Of a stretch of DNA of 64,000 nt, positions 1 through 13,144 are shown piece by piece. Each line of letters starts with the position of its first letter. Position 1 is the first letter of the stretch. The position numbers and the translations under genes are program-made. This DNA is from Eledone cirrhosa (taxonomy: Eukaryota), in NCBI GenBank assembly GCA_964016885.1, contig OZ024744.1, forward strand, positions 82,584,001 through 82,648,000. The letters run 5' to 3'. The notes under the pieces were generated by a model. That model did no database searches. It was given only the letters and a program-made list of their open reading frames with translations, and was not told the origin of the DNA.

Positions 1-205
1 ATATATGCATATAGATATGTTTGTATATGTGTTAAATATATTTACACTCAGGCGTAAATGATAATAAAATTACTCACATATGTATAATAAAAATCTACAT
101 ACATACGCTATATATATATATATATATATATATACATTGATATAAAAACAATTCATACAAATATTATGTATAAATACAAATGTGAATAGATGTAAATACA
201 AGAAA

Positions 206-276
<71 letters not shown>

Positions 277-329
277 TCTGTGTGTTTGTGCATGTGTATT
301 TGTTTGTGTGCGTGTTTGAGAATATATAT

Positions 330-444
<115 letters not shown>

Positions 445-1055
445 GCTCGTGTTTATAACCGTACATACAAATCTACATGTATGAATGCTTAAACACACAC
501 AATCACACACATCCCCCCCCCCCTCACACACACACACACACACACAATACACACACTCACTCAGATACCCTACTCATACCGGTACACATACACATGCAAT
601 CTATTCAGATATATTTTCGTTGGCTTTCCCGTTGAACGGTTTTCTCTTGTATATAATTTTTTTTTTAGAAAATCTATTTTTCTCCCATTTTTTTTTTCAT
701 TATTTAATTCACGTTTTTACTTTTTTGTACCTCGACTCTTTTTTATTTATTTATTTATTTATTTATATTTATTTATTTTTGTATTTATCTATTTAATCAT
801 ATGCATACTGTTATTTTTTCATTCTACCATTTCCCTACCCTTTTTCTTTTCTTTAAAAAAATTTTTAATGTAATATTTTTTTTTTCAATTTATATATATA
901 TATTTTTTCAAATTGAAGTTGTAAATACTGCTTACGGGTTTCGAAGGAACTTTTGATCTTTTGGATTCCTGAAATTCTTTGATTTCTCTAACTTCACTTC
1001 ACTCTTTATTATATTTTTCCCGACACTTGCTTTTCATTTATATGTATATGTATAT

Positions 1056-1169
<114 letters not shown>

Positions 1170-1507
1170 ATGAATATATATACATGTGTGTGTAAATATG
1201 TATGTATATATGAATATATATATACATGTTTATATATATATATATATTGGTTTGTTTACTTTTCAGTTCTGATTTTTTTTTTTGCCTTTAGTTATTCACC
1301 ATCAAATGTTACATGGATATTTACAAATCTATATAGCAGCTCACAGAATTCTAAAATAATATAGAAATAGCAATAATGTTTAAAACCTTTCAACTTTGTT
1401 TCAAGTATCACCCATACTGGATGAAATAATATATATACAGATATGTATATGTGTGTATATATATGTGTGTGTGTGTGTGTACAAATATATACATATATAT
1501 ATATGTA

Positions 1508-1547
<40 letters not shown>

Positions 1548-1654
1548 CATACATATATATATATGTAAACATATATACATGTATATGTACTTATATATAT
1601 ATATATCAATACAAGTTTATTCCACTTTCGTTCAACTACAACAATAACAATGAC

Positions 1655-1716
<62 letters not shown>
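1655..1716. repeat. (AAT)n microsatellite
   Basis: Direct reading. Confidence 0.97.
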
Positions 1717-1718
<2 letters not shown>

Positions 1719-1744
1719 TACTGATAATCATGATAATATAACAA

Positions 1745-1895
1745 TTTTCTTTGGTTGATGTTTCATTTTTGTTCTTTGCCAATTGTTTGCAAAGTTTATC
1801 GTGTTGATAGAAAATACACGTTCATATTTTATGTTTTGTAGGTTTTCTATGTTTGTGTATATGCATGTAAGTTTATATACACAAGCATTCCTACA
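1745..1895 (+). repeat. ~150-bp direct repeat, second copy at 2808-2960
   Basis: ttttctttgg(t/c)tgatgtttcatttttgttctttgcca...gtaagtttatatacacaa occurs twice about 1.06 kb apart. Confidence 0.85.
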
Positions 1896-1949
1896 TGCAT
1901 ATATGCATACATTCATACGAAAATGTACATGTTTATATAAGTAAAGTAA

Positions 1950-2044
1950 ATGTATGTATGTATGTATGTATGTATGTATGTATGTATGTATGTATGTATG
2001 TATGTATGTATGTATGTATGTATGTATGTATGTATGTATGTATG
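1950..2044. repeat. (TATG)n microsatellite; others at 41710-41918, 42838-42925 and 60250-60315
   Basis: Direct reading. Confidence 0.97.
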
Positions 2045-2263
2045 AATGTATGTATATATGTATGTATGTATATTTGTATATATATATATATATATATTTA
2101 TATACATACACACACATATATATATATATAATTATATATATGAACATATAGGCATAAACTCCGATGGAAAACTTTATCCTATCTGTATCGCTCTCCCACA
2201 CACGCCCTTCACCATAATATATATAAACAATATAATCCACATCTATCATTGTGAAACATAGGA

Positions 2264-2498
<235 letters not shown>

Positions 2499-3808
2499 CA
2501 TATACATATAGGTACAAACTCTGGCGTTATATCTTGCTACATACGTGGAGCATTTTTGAGAGATTGAAATGTGCCATGGATCAAGTTACAGACAAAGCCA
2601 ATAGGATTTAGAAGGTTTAAGTTCTGTATTAAGTAGTTTCCTACACGTCGGTCAATCGTCGGGCAATCGCAGAAATGGTAGACACCCCACTTCGTTTTAA
2701 TCTTCTCATGCATGCTATAGTGGGACCTCGACCCGGTCAGAGGTTTTCTGAAAGCCGGCAACAAGTCAAGATAAAATATCGGCTCAGTGCTGCAAGTGAA
2801 CAAAACACTTTTCTTTGGCTGATGTTTCATTTTTGTTCTTTGCCATTTGTTTGCAAGGTTTATCGTGTTGATAGAAAATACACGTTCATATTTTATGTTT
2901 TGTAGGTTTTCTATGTGTGTGTATATGCATGTAAGTTTATATACACAATCATTTATACATGGCGATAGGGTGTAACGGCGTAAAATAGATATTTACAATT
3001 TTGTTTTTAGAAGTTAGTAAAAGAGAATGAGTGGTGCTTCTGTCGATGGAACTGGTGGAGTCGATAGATGGAGGGAATATAGGGAAGGAAAAATTCTAAA
3101 TAGTACTAGGATTATTTTGGTGGTGATACTAGCCAGCTGAACCGACAGAGGGATGAAACAAAGAGCCTTTGTATTATATGCTATTGGGTGATTGAATCGT
3201 CATCCATGATGTCGTGTATAGCTTTGGCTTAGGATTTAATCTATGATTTTAGTGAACGTAGAAGCAAGACCACTCATAGATAGAGCTAAGTATAGATTAA
3301 GCAGGGTTTAGAGATGCCTCCAATGGTTATATATCTGGACTGGGGTAACATAAAAACTATTGACTGAGAACTATTTAATCTCTTGGCTGTGCTGATTAGA
3401 GTACCTGCTATATATACTATTGATTGAAATATGGTATAAAAATTTAATACATTTCCTGGTCAGAGACCGCCATATGTCGTAAAATGCATTAAAAGCTATT
3501 TATATCAAAAGTTAGGTTATCGGTGGACGGAGTCTGTAATTTGAATTGTCAATAACTCCAAATATACTAAATACTGAACATTTTAGTTGTCTCCCTTAAC
3601 TTTAACAAAGAGTTTTACACACTAATTATATCATCTCCACACGATTGAAATTGCAAGATATTGATATACATACATAAGTTGTATTATGTAAAACATCTCT
3701 ATTTGGAAATTATGAAATATAACAATTATAATTAATTAAGGTGTTATTTACACAATGATATTGTTGATGTTTTTGTTGTCCTTGCTGATAATCGCAGCTA
3801 TGTCGATG

Positions 3809-3840
<32 letters not shown>

Positions 3841-3843
<3 letters not shown>

Positions 3844-4028
3844 CAAAGGAATTGTGGTAAGGAACCAGATGGACCATAACTCACCAGAGTACTCAAGACG
3901 TAGGGTAGTAGAGTGGGAAATAGGAAAAAGTATGACCCCGACGGCAGAGCTCAAGCCGTCTCGACGGCTATTTCAGTCCAGAAATAGCCGTCTAAACGGC
4001 TTGAGCTCTGCCGTCGGGGTCATACTTT
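3841..4028. mobile_element. PLE-type terminal remnant ending in a 48-bp fold-back hairpin
   Basis: Arms 3927-3974 and 3981-4028 are reverse complements with 2 mismatches; the left part resembles the reverse complement of 24200-24303; flanked by (TA)n. Confidence 0.6.
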
Positions 4029-4029
4029 C

Positions 4030-4078
<49 letters not shown>

Positions 4079-4079
4079 C

Positions 4080-4208
<129 letters not shown>

Positions 4209-4405
4209 GATAAATCTACCAAGAGTTTACGGTAGTGTCCAATCCGTATGAAGAACTCAATGTAATCCGGATATCATGGAAAGAAGAGATGCAATGAAAA
4301 ATCACTTTCGGTGAAAGATAAACGGGATACAGAGTCAAGATAAAATATTAAAAAAATAATGAATAAAACAATGAAACAGTTCCTTATATTAAACAAAAAA
4401 AGTTC

Positions 4406-4555
4406 ATTATTTAACGATCGTTTCTGGGATATATATGTGTTAGAATTGGCATGTATATTTAACAGATCTATGTACAAAATTATACAAAATTATACAAACT
4501 ATCAAAATTAAATATACATACCAACTCATATATATATGCCGTCTTCAGAAATAAT
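4406..4555 (-). ncRNA. Type I hammerhead ribozyme with very long helix II
   Basis: Minus strand: AUUAUUU-CUGAAGA-[117 nt]-GAAA-CGAUCG-UU^AAAUAAU; 7-bp stem I, palindromic stem III. Confidence 0.75.
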
Positions 4556-4568
4556 ATATAATATATAA

Positions 4569-4714
4569 TATTTCTGAAGACGGCATATATATGAGTTGGT
4601 ATGTATATTTAATTTTGATAGTTTGTATAATTTTGTATAATTTTGTACATAGATCTGTTAAATATACATGCCAATTCTAACACATATATATCCCAGAAAC
4701 GATCGTTAAATAAT
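4569..4714 (+). ncRNA. Type I hammerhead ribozyme with very long helix II (mirror copy)
   Basis: CUGAAGA at 4574, GAAA at 4696, CGAUCG-UU^AAAUA; the 115-nt insert folds as a rod (ggcatatatatg/catatatatccc and agttggtatgtatatttaa/ttaaatatacatgccaatt). Confidence 0.72.
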
Positions 4715-4771
4715 GAACATTTTTTGTTTAATATAAGGAACTGTTTCATTGTTTTATTCATTATTTTTTTA

Positions 4772-4821
<50 letters not shown>

Positions 4822-4824
4822 ATA

Positions 4825-5321
4825 GAGTTATAAACTCAAATAGTCTTTTACAATTAAATAGCTCAAAGAAAGGAATATTTCTGAGCCGTGTAATACAAAT
4901 GAATATATGATAGGGATAAACACTGATACAAGTATACATGTGTTTGCATTGCAAATGACCAAGTTAGCTAGATTGAAAAATACTAATTAAAATAATACGG
5001 TTTGCTGCCTCGATTTAAAATAATAAATCAATAAAAACAAACCTATATTGGCAATAGCCGTGATACCTGGACAAATTTAAATTTTAAATTTTAAATTTGT
5101 TTCGCAACAATTAAGTGAAATTTCCTATTCCTGTGCTCTTCTGCAGGTATCCAGAAATTGGTAAGTTTCACTTCAAAATACTTAGGAAGACTGAGAGAAA
5201 TGTGTTGTTGAACGCACATGTGACCCAGTGTTTATCCCTATCATATATTTATTTGTATTACACGGCTCAGAAATATCCCTTTCTTTGAGCTATTTAATTG
5301 TAAAAGACTATTTGAGTTTAT

Positions 5322-5419
<98 letters not shown>

Positions 5420-5834
5420 CTCGGCTCCATGCGTTGAGCTAATTTTAGTCCCATAAAACTTGCTGCTATTTTTAGCGGCACGAGTATAGGACGAGCTAGA
5501 CCCTGGGTCACATGTGTGTTCAACAACACATTTCTCTCAGTCTTCCTAAGTATTTTGAAGTGAAACTTACCAATTTCTGGATACCTGCAGAAGAGCACAG
5601 AAATAGGAAATTTCACTTAATTGTTGCGAAACAAATTTAAAATTTAAAATTTAAATTTGTCCAGGTATCACGGCTATTGCCAATATAGGTTTGTTTTTAT
5701 TGATTTATTATTTTAAATCAAGACAGGCAAACCGTATTATTTTAATTAGTATTTTTCAATCTAGCTAACTTGGTCATTTGCAATGCAAACACATGTATAC
5801 CTGTATCAGTGTTTATCCTTATCATATATTCATT

Positions 5835-5836
<2 letters not shown>
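4825..5836. repeat. Compound inverted repeat, probably PLE-derived
   Basis: 5227-5326 is the reverse complement of 4825-4924, and 5500-5836 is the reverse complement of 4893-5227; interrupted by (TC)n(TA)n. Confidence 0.75.
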
Positions 5837-5931
<95 letters not shown>

Positions 5932-5932
<1 letters not shown>

Positions 5933-6080
5933 AAGGCGCATGGCTTAGTGGTTAGAGCATTGGGCTTGCAATCGAAAGGTTATGAGTTCAATTCTCGGAC
6001 CGGGTGATGTGTTGTTTTCTGGAGCAAGACAATTTATATCACGTTGCTCCAGTTTACTCAGCTGTAGAAATGAGTACCGG
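5932..6080 (+). mobile_element. tRNA-derived SINE, family B (CORE-like body)
   Basis: A box TGGCTTAGTGG, B box GAGTTCAATTCTC, body gagcaagaca..., tail gaaatgagtacc; related copies at 53178-53310(-) and 63440-63582(-). Confidence 0.8.
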
Positions 6081-6183
6081 CCTGCCCGCCCAGCCAGTGG
6101 GATGGCGTTATCTTATGACTAAAACAGCACGATGTGCTGTGACCAGCGGCGCCGATTGGGGCCCGACAGATTGGTCGGTCAAA

Positions 6184-6241
<58 letters not shown>

Positions 6242-7253
6242 GAAATATCTACGGTTAATTGTGAGGTCCAATCTGCATGAAGAACTCAATGTAAACCATA
6301 TGTTGAAGATATTGTAGGTTAAAATAAATCCCGGAAAAACAATAAAACATCAAAAGGAAAACAGAGTCATGATATAAGTTAAAACATTGAAATAAAAATT
6401 CAAGTCATTAGAAATATACTTCACTGCTTTACGATCGTTTCTAGGTGATACATCGTTTCTAGGTGATACACCGTTCGCATATTTCGTTATCGATATATGT
6501 AGTGTTAATTACAAAATATCAGATAAGGAATTAATGAAAATTTTATTGAAAATCAATAGTAAATTGAGTTCTATTACCTTATTTGGAGGTAGCTGAAGAA
6601 CAAGCCAATCAAATTAGTTTTTCCCATATAATTTTAAGATGAAAAATAACTTACTTTAGTCATGACCCTTTGAAAGGAATGGTTGAATGGTGTTAAAAAT
6701 AGAATTACTATGAAGAACCTATGAGGGAAAAGGGATTGTTATATTGATAGTTGAATGTAGATGGTGGAATTAAGTTTAAAAAGGAATGTAAAAATTAAAT
6801 GTTGAGTTGTCCTGTATGGAAATTACTAAATCTAAGGACGATTTATTGAATAAAAGAAAGGAACAGATTATAGCTTGTAATCACCGTATACGAAAAACAT
6901 TTAAGTACTATAAACCTAACTAAATATTCTAAATAGCAACTCACTATAATTCTATATAACGTACCATTTGTTAGTATCCCTTTCCCCTAATTATACGCCT
7001 TCCTGCTTATTTTTTTTATATTTTAACCTTTTAATTTTTTAGCTTCCATGGATTCATGCGTTACTGACTAGGGGCAACAAGGTACATAACCACCTGTAAT
7101 TGCATGGGTATACATGCATCTATGTATGTATGATATGAGAATTTATATATATGTGTATATATATATATATATATGTGTGTATATGTGTATGTGTGTGTAT
7201 ATGTGTATGTACATGTATGTGTGTGTACATATATATATGTATGTATAAGTGAG

Positions 7254-7375
<122 letters not shown>

Positions 7376-7658
7376 TATGTATGTGTGCGCGTATGTATGT
7401 GTATGTATATGTTTATATCTTTGTATGCGTATGTATGTTTTTAATGGAATATCAATATAATTATACCTCTATCTATATATGTGAATATATGTACTTTTGT
7501 GATCTATGAAAATTATGCGTTTTAACATCTGAGTTTGATTACTTGTACATAGACACACTTGAAAATATTTACTATTTTATATGTTATTATGCATCATACG
7601 ATATATTATACTATATACAATGTACCAAATCGTACTATATTATATTACATTATATTAT

Positions 7659-8100
7659 GTGAATTGGCAGTATTGGTATAGGGTCACACATGCTTTCCAG
7701 CATAGTTACGTCCCTTTACGATCTGAGTTCAAATCCCGCTAAGGTTTACTTTGCCTTACGAGGTCGATAAAATAAAGTACCAGTAATGTACTGGGTAATT
7801 GCTGGCCTTGTGCCAAAAGTAGAAACAATTATATTATATTACGCTGAGGTTAACTTTGCCTTTCATCCTTACGGGGTCGATAAAATAAAGTACCAGTAAT
7901 GTTCTGGGTAATTGCTGGCCTTGTTTCAAAAAAGTAGAAACAATTATATTATATTATTATATTATTATATTTTATAATCTTATTATGAGTTCAAATCCCG
8001 CCGAGGTTAACTTTGCCTTTCATCCTTACGGGGTCGATAAAATAAAGTACCAGTAATGTACTGGTAATTGATGGCCTTGTGCCAAAAGTAGAAACAATTA
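7659..8100 (+). mobile_element. Three tandem, partly truncated copies of SINE family A
   Basis: ctttgcc...gtcgataaaataaagtaccagtaatg...gtagaaacaatta repeated three times, separated by (ATTAT)n tails. Confidence 0.9.
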
Positions 8101-8529
8101 TCTTATTATAATTTTCATCTTTTAATATACTATCCTTCTTAGTTATGATCATTATTTTACCTATCTATATTTATCCTGGTTATCTCTGTATATTTTATAT
8201 TTACTTATTTTTATTCACCTAAAAATTCCATACAACACAACTCAACATTTAATTTTTACATTCCTTTTTAAACTTAACACTACCATCTACATTCAACTAT
8301 CAATATATTTTTCCAACTATCAATCCCTTTTCCCTCATAGGTGCTTTATAGTAATTCCATTTTTAACACCATTCAACCATTCCTTTCAAAGGGTCATGAC
8401 CTCAACTAAAGTGAGTTATTTTCCATCTTAAAATCATATGGGGAAAAAACAATTTGTTTGGTTTGTTCTTCAGCTACCTCCAAATAAGGTCATAGAACTC
8501 AATTTACTATTGATTTTGAATAAAATTCT

Positions 8530-8665
8530 CATTGCTTTTGACTGATGAAATACATGTACGTAAATATATTCCTTATCTGATATTTTGTGACTAAACCTAT
8601 ATAGATCGATAACGAAATATGCGTACGATGTATTTTTATCACCTAGAAACGATCGTAAAGCAGTG
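8530..8665 (+). ncRNA. Hammerhead ribozyme motif with 97-nt helix II
   Basis: cattgctt(ttga)-CUGAUGA-[aatacat gtacgta...tgcgtac g atgtatt]-GAAA-CGAUCG-UA^AAGCAGUG; 4 extra nt lie between stem I and the core. Confidence 0.6.
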
Positions 8666-8689
8666 AAGTATATTTTTAATGACTATATA

Positions 8690-8915
8690 TATATAAATGA
8701 GAGGTATAGAGATTGTTTTAGCGAGAAGCTAATAGTAATCTATAACATATATGCGACTATAACGTCAAGATGGGAAAAGTAGTTAACGTAAGATTTAGGA
8801 AAAATAATTCAAACTCATCTCAAAAGAGAATCAGGATACAAATTCATCCACAGAATTTAGTGAAATCCAGGGAAAAATCAATAGACCTTTAACTCATGAT
8901 AAAATAAAGTTTAAA
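8690..8915. repeat. Dispersed repeat (probable PLE terminus), second copy at 14870-15090
   Basis: Shared gactataacgtcaa...gtgaaatccagggaaaaatcaatagac/g...aaaataaagtttaaa. Confidence 0.75.
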
Positions 8916-9022
8916 ACACTTATATATATATATATATATATATAATTGGTGTTGGATACTTAAAAGCGTCCGTATACGGTAGTCTGTATGAGCCCTCGAT
9001 GCTCTCATAGAGCAGACTATGA

Positions 9023-9545
9023 TATCACAGAAAAAAAGAGAATCAGTGTTGTGACGAATGGAATTTATTGGACATATCACAATCGTTTCTCTGACGATCA
9101 GCCACAGGCACAATCGATGTGATGATCGAACCTGACTCTGAAAATCGCAAGGTCCTCAGATACGTCTTGATTCTATGAAGCAGATTTTCCTATGTCCTTT
9201 TACATCGATATATTTCGCTTGTCGGCTTAGATCATGTTGTTGTCATTCTATGAGTGGTCAAGAATTTTACACGTCATCGGTATTTCTAGCCACTCATGGT
9301 TGTCCACTATTTGTTTCTTTTCATTCTCCACCTGTCAATCAATGAGACTGGACATTAGGAAAATGTAAAATGACATAGGAAAATCTGCTTCGTAGGTTCA
9401 AGACGAATCTGAGGACTCTGCGATTTTCAGAGTCAATGTTTGTTCATCACATCGATCGTGCCTCGAGCTGGTCGCCAGAGAAACGATTGTAATATGGCCA
9501 ATAAATTCCATTTTTCGCAAAACTGATTCTCTTTTTTTCTGTGAT
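9023..9545. mobile_element. Inverted PLE pLTR pair (9023-9205 and 9364-9545) with HHR motifs at 9071-9166(-) and 9402-9498(+)
   Basis: gacg(u/a)au-CUGAGGA-[~64 nt]-GAAA-CGAUUG-U(G/A)^auaug(u/g)c; the left copy has an intact 7-bp stem I but a GUG site, the right copy has GUA with a damaged stem I. Confidence 0.72.
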
Positions 9546-9621
9546 GTATATATGAATCGTCGTTTTTGAATACTCAACAGTGCAGATGGGTAAATCTCTG
9601 GGTAACAGTGTCAGGTAGTAA

Positions 9622-9687
<66 letters not shown>

Positions 9688-9742
9688 GTGAGGTTTTTTT
9701 TACAAAATGAAAAATAACCGAGGTGTCCTACACGAGTGAAAG

Positions 9743-11291
9743 TATAAAGAAAAAGAGATGAAATCGAAAATGCAACTGGAGTTTTATTTTTTAAAAAAAT
9801 ATATATATTTATTTGGTTCCTTTACCGGTTTCGCAGTTCTTCTGCTTTTCAAAAGGTGAGTTGAGATGGAGGGTTTGTGGTTTTTCTCACATCTGGTTGG
9901 TCTCTGAAAGTTACTTGTTTTATATGGAAAAAGTGGCTCGAAATGCCAGGTTTTTCGAGAAGTAATTTGATTGGTTTGTCAATAATTATAATAAATTTCG
10001 TGCCAGTTCGCGTTACAATAGTTCTTCAAATAAGAGAGGGGGGGGGGGGGGATTGTCACAGGTTGTTTTTTCATATATGAGTGTTTGAATTTTATTTTAC
10101 TTGAAAAAAGGAGGCTCACGAAGGCTTTTTTTTGGTTGGTTATAAATGAAATTTGGCTGTCACGTGAACAAGTTTCATTACATTTTTGCGCCCTTATTTG
10201 GAAAACTATTCTGTAGTCTTTATAGTGAATGTTATGACAATGGAGAGATAGTGGTCAAGAGAAAAGGGATTGTGAGAATTGTTCTGGTTCAGTGAATATG
10301 GCCAGCTCGCCGGGGTGTCAGAATTCAGATTTTCTATTGAAGTGAAGATATGTATGTTTATTTGTGTAGTTGTGTGTATGTGTGTGTATGTGTGTATTGG
10401 AAGATGATTCTATTAGTAGAGATGGGGGAGGGAGTTGTGTGTGTGTGTATATGGGTGTTATGTGTGTGTGTGCGAGTATGTTAAGATGGAGAGAATATAT
10501 ATTTTGTGTGTGTGTATATATATATGTGTGTAGGAAAGTGGTTCTATTAGTAGAAATGGGGAGGGAGTTGTTGTAGGTGCGGGGGTTGTTATGTGTGTGT
10601 ATGGGTGTTATGTGTGTGGGGGTATGGTTAGCATGTTAAGATGAAGAGAATATATATATATATATATATTGTGTGTGTGTGTATGTGTGTGTGTAGGAAA
10701 GTGATTCCTTTAGTAGTAATATTTTTGAATGAACATATTTTCCTTACTTTTTCGTGTTTGCTGTTGTATTGCCAGTGCAAACGTATGTTAAGGTTTATTT
10801 AGTTCGGGTTTTTATTTTCTAAAGTAGAAGGTGTTATATGTGTGTGTGTATGTCATATTGTGGTGTTGACATAATGTATATTAAACCTTATTTAATGTTG
10901 GTCTATATTTTTGAATAAACATATTTTCCTTATTTCCATATTTTCAAGTAAAAAGAAATTCAAACACTCATATATGAAAAAACAACCTGTGACAACCCCC
11001 CCCCTCTCTTATTTGAAGAACTATTGTAACGCGAACTGGCGCGAAATTTATTATAATTATTGACAAACCAATCAAATTACTTCTCGAAAAACCTGGCATT
11101 TCGAGCCACTTTTTCCATATAAAACAAGTAACTTTCAGAGACCAACCAGATGTGAGAAAAACCACAGATACTCCATCTCAACTCACCTTTTGAAAAGCAG
11201 AAGACTGCGAAACCGGTAAAGGAACCAAATAAATATATATATTTAAAAAAAAAAAAAGACTCCAGTTGCATTTTCGATTTCATCTCTTTTT

Positions 11292-11297
<6 letters not shown>
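9743..11297. mobile_element. Inverted PLE pLTR pair (9743-10105 and 10942-11297) around a TG-rich spacer
   Basis: The ORF track shows nearly the same spurious peptide on opposite strands (9877+ and 11165-); bounded by (TA)n. Confidence 0.8.
11186..11222 (+). ncRNA. Minimal hammerhead ribozyme, U3:A8 core variant (mirror copy at 9819-9856 minus)
   Basis: CCUU-UUGAAAA-GCAG aaga CUGC-GAAA-CCGG-UA^AAGG. Confidence 0.7.
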
Positions 11298-11322
<25 letters not shown>

Positions 11323-11328
<6 letters not shown>

Positions 11329-11700
11329 ATTAAATACATGGAAACTATATTTATAAAACCATATTTATTTCATTATATATATTTCGGGGATATCATATTA
11401 ACAATATGCTATGCCTTCCTCAGACAAAATACAATATAAACAGTTTTATAGATAAATAGATTCGACATACCGTTATAACACCGACTTGCATTCGAAGAGG
11501 TTAGATTTTGTCTGAGGAAGGCATAGCATATTGTTAATATGATATCCCCGAAATATATATAATGAAATAAATATGGTTTTATAAATATAGTTTCCATGTA
11601 TTTAATATTGTAAATATACTCCAAATATTTGTCGAGTGCTTTTATATCAGTTATAAATATTTACTAGTTGTAACCCAACAATTTTAAATATAACTTTCCA
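11323..11700. mobile_element. Fold-back PLE pLTR remnant with HHRs at 11367-11430(-) and 11505-11568(+)
   Basis: AUUUUGU-CUGAGGA-stem II-GAAA-UAUAUA-UA^AUGAAAU, then AATAAA and a gtcgagtgct motif; (TA)n on both sides. Confidence 0.8.
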
Positions 11701-12005
11701 TGTATATATATATATATATATATGTGTAAGAGTAAGCGTAGAAAGTGGCGTAGAGAGTGTAAAAGAACGTAGGAAAAATGTAAAAAATAATAACACGAGG
11801 TAGAGTTACTTCGGAAGTGATTTAATATTCCCTATATTTCGGATTTCGCATCCATCAACTGGGGGTTTTCCGAAGGGGACAACACATGGTCTCCGCTGTT
11901 TACCGGTTTACAGTGTGCGTACAACAGATATATATGTATATATATATATATATATATATAGTGATGAAACATAAGTCAATTGCATGAACTCATAATCCTT
12001 TATTT

Positions 12006-12061
12006 ACTGCTATATATATTTCGATGATAGCCATTGAATGGCTATGACCTCATCAGGCAGT
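12006..12061 (-). ncRNA. Type I hammerhead ribozyme
   Basis: ACUGC-CUGAUGA-GGUCAUAGCCA uucaa UGGCUAUCAUC-GAAA-UAUAUA-UA^GCAGU, followed by AATAAA. Confidence 0.85.
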
Positions 12062-12535
12062 TAGTCAGTTCTTAGATATGCCAGCTCTGTGTTTATAGTG
12101 TTGATGGTATCAGAGCCTTGGGACATATGAGCTTGTTAGGAATAATTTAATGTTGTCAGCAGGAATAGTCTTAATTCTCATTGGTCAGTCTGTAGATGCT
12201 AGTAGGGTTGGTATTTGACCTCAAAGAAGCAGGTGGTGTTGTAAAGTTCAAACCGTCAGGCAAGATGACAATAGTTCCATATGACTGATTTTCACAAAAA
12301 GCATTCCTGGTCATATATATATTCAATTGAGGTTTATAGTATGAAATAGATACTACAGGTCATTCTTAAATTAAGGAATTTATGTGGAGTGGTGCTACTG
12401 AAAATTATGGTTGAGTAGAACATTTACAAATAACTGGACTTATGTAGGTTGGCTTGCACATACACTCACACCCACCTCCACAGACACACACACACATCCA
12501 CACATACAATTTGAGGAATTAATGTGGGGTGGTAC

Positions 12536-12647
12536 TGAGTTCAAATCCCGCCGAGGTTGACTTTGCCTTTCATCCTTACGGGGTCGATAAAATAAAGTAC
12601 CAGTAATGAACTGGGTAATTGCTGGCCTTGTGCCTAAAGTAGAAACA
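12536..12647 (+). mobile_element. 5'-truncated SINE family A
   Basis: B box through 3' tail match the other copies. Confidence 0.88.
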
Positions 12648-12789
12648 GATACTTAAAATAATGATTAGAGTCCAATACTTAGATAGTTTCGAAAATTTAG
12701 AAATAAAAGGCTTATGTTGGTTGACTTGTACATACACTCACACCTACTCTCTCGGACACACACACATCTACACACACAAATCCATACAG

Positions 12790-12822
<33 letters not shown>

Positions 12823-13096
12823 CATAAAAGTATACATATATATACATATATATACATAAAATACATATATATATATATAAAATATACATATGTATAAAAT
12901 ATATATATATATAAAATACATATACATATATAAAATATATACATATATAAAATATATACACACATAAAATATACATACATATATATATATAAAATACATA
13001 TATATATATATACATATATAAGATATATACATATATATATATATAAAATACACATATATACACACATAAAATATATATATATATACATATAATATA

Positions 13097-13139
<43 letters not shown>

Positions 13140-13144
<5 letters not shown>

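Noticed and set aside
5932-6005. tRNA genes suggested by A and B boxes
   Set aside because: They are SINE heads continuing into SINE bodies, with no complete cloverleaf.
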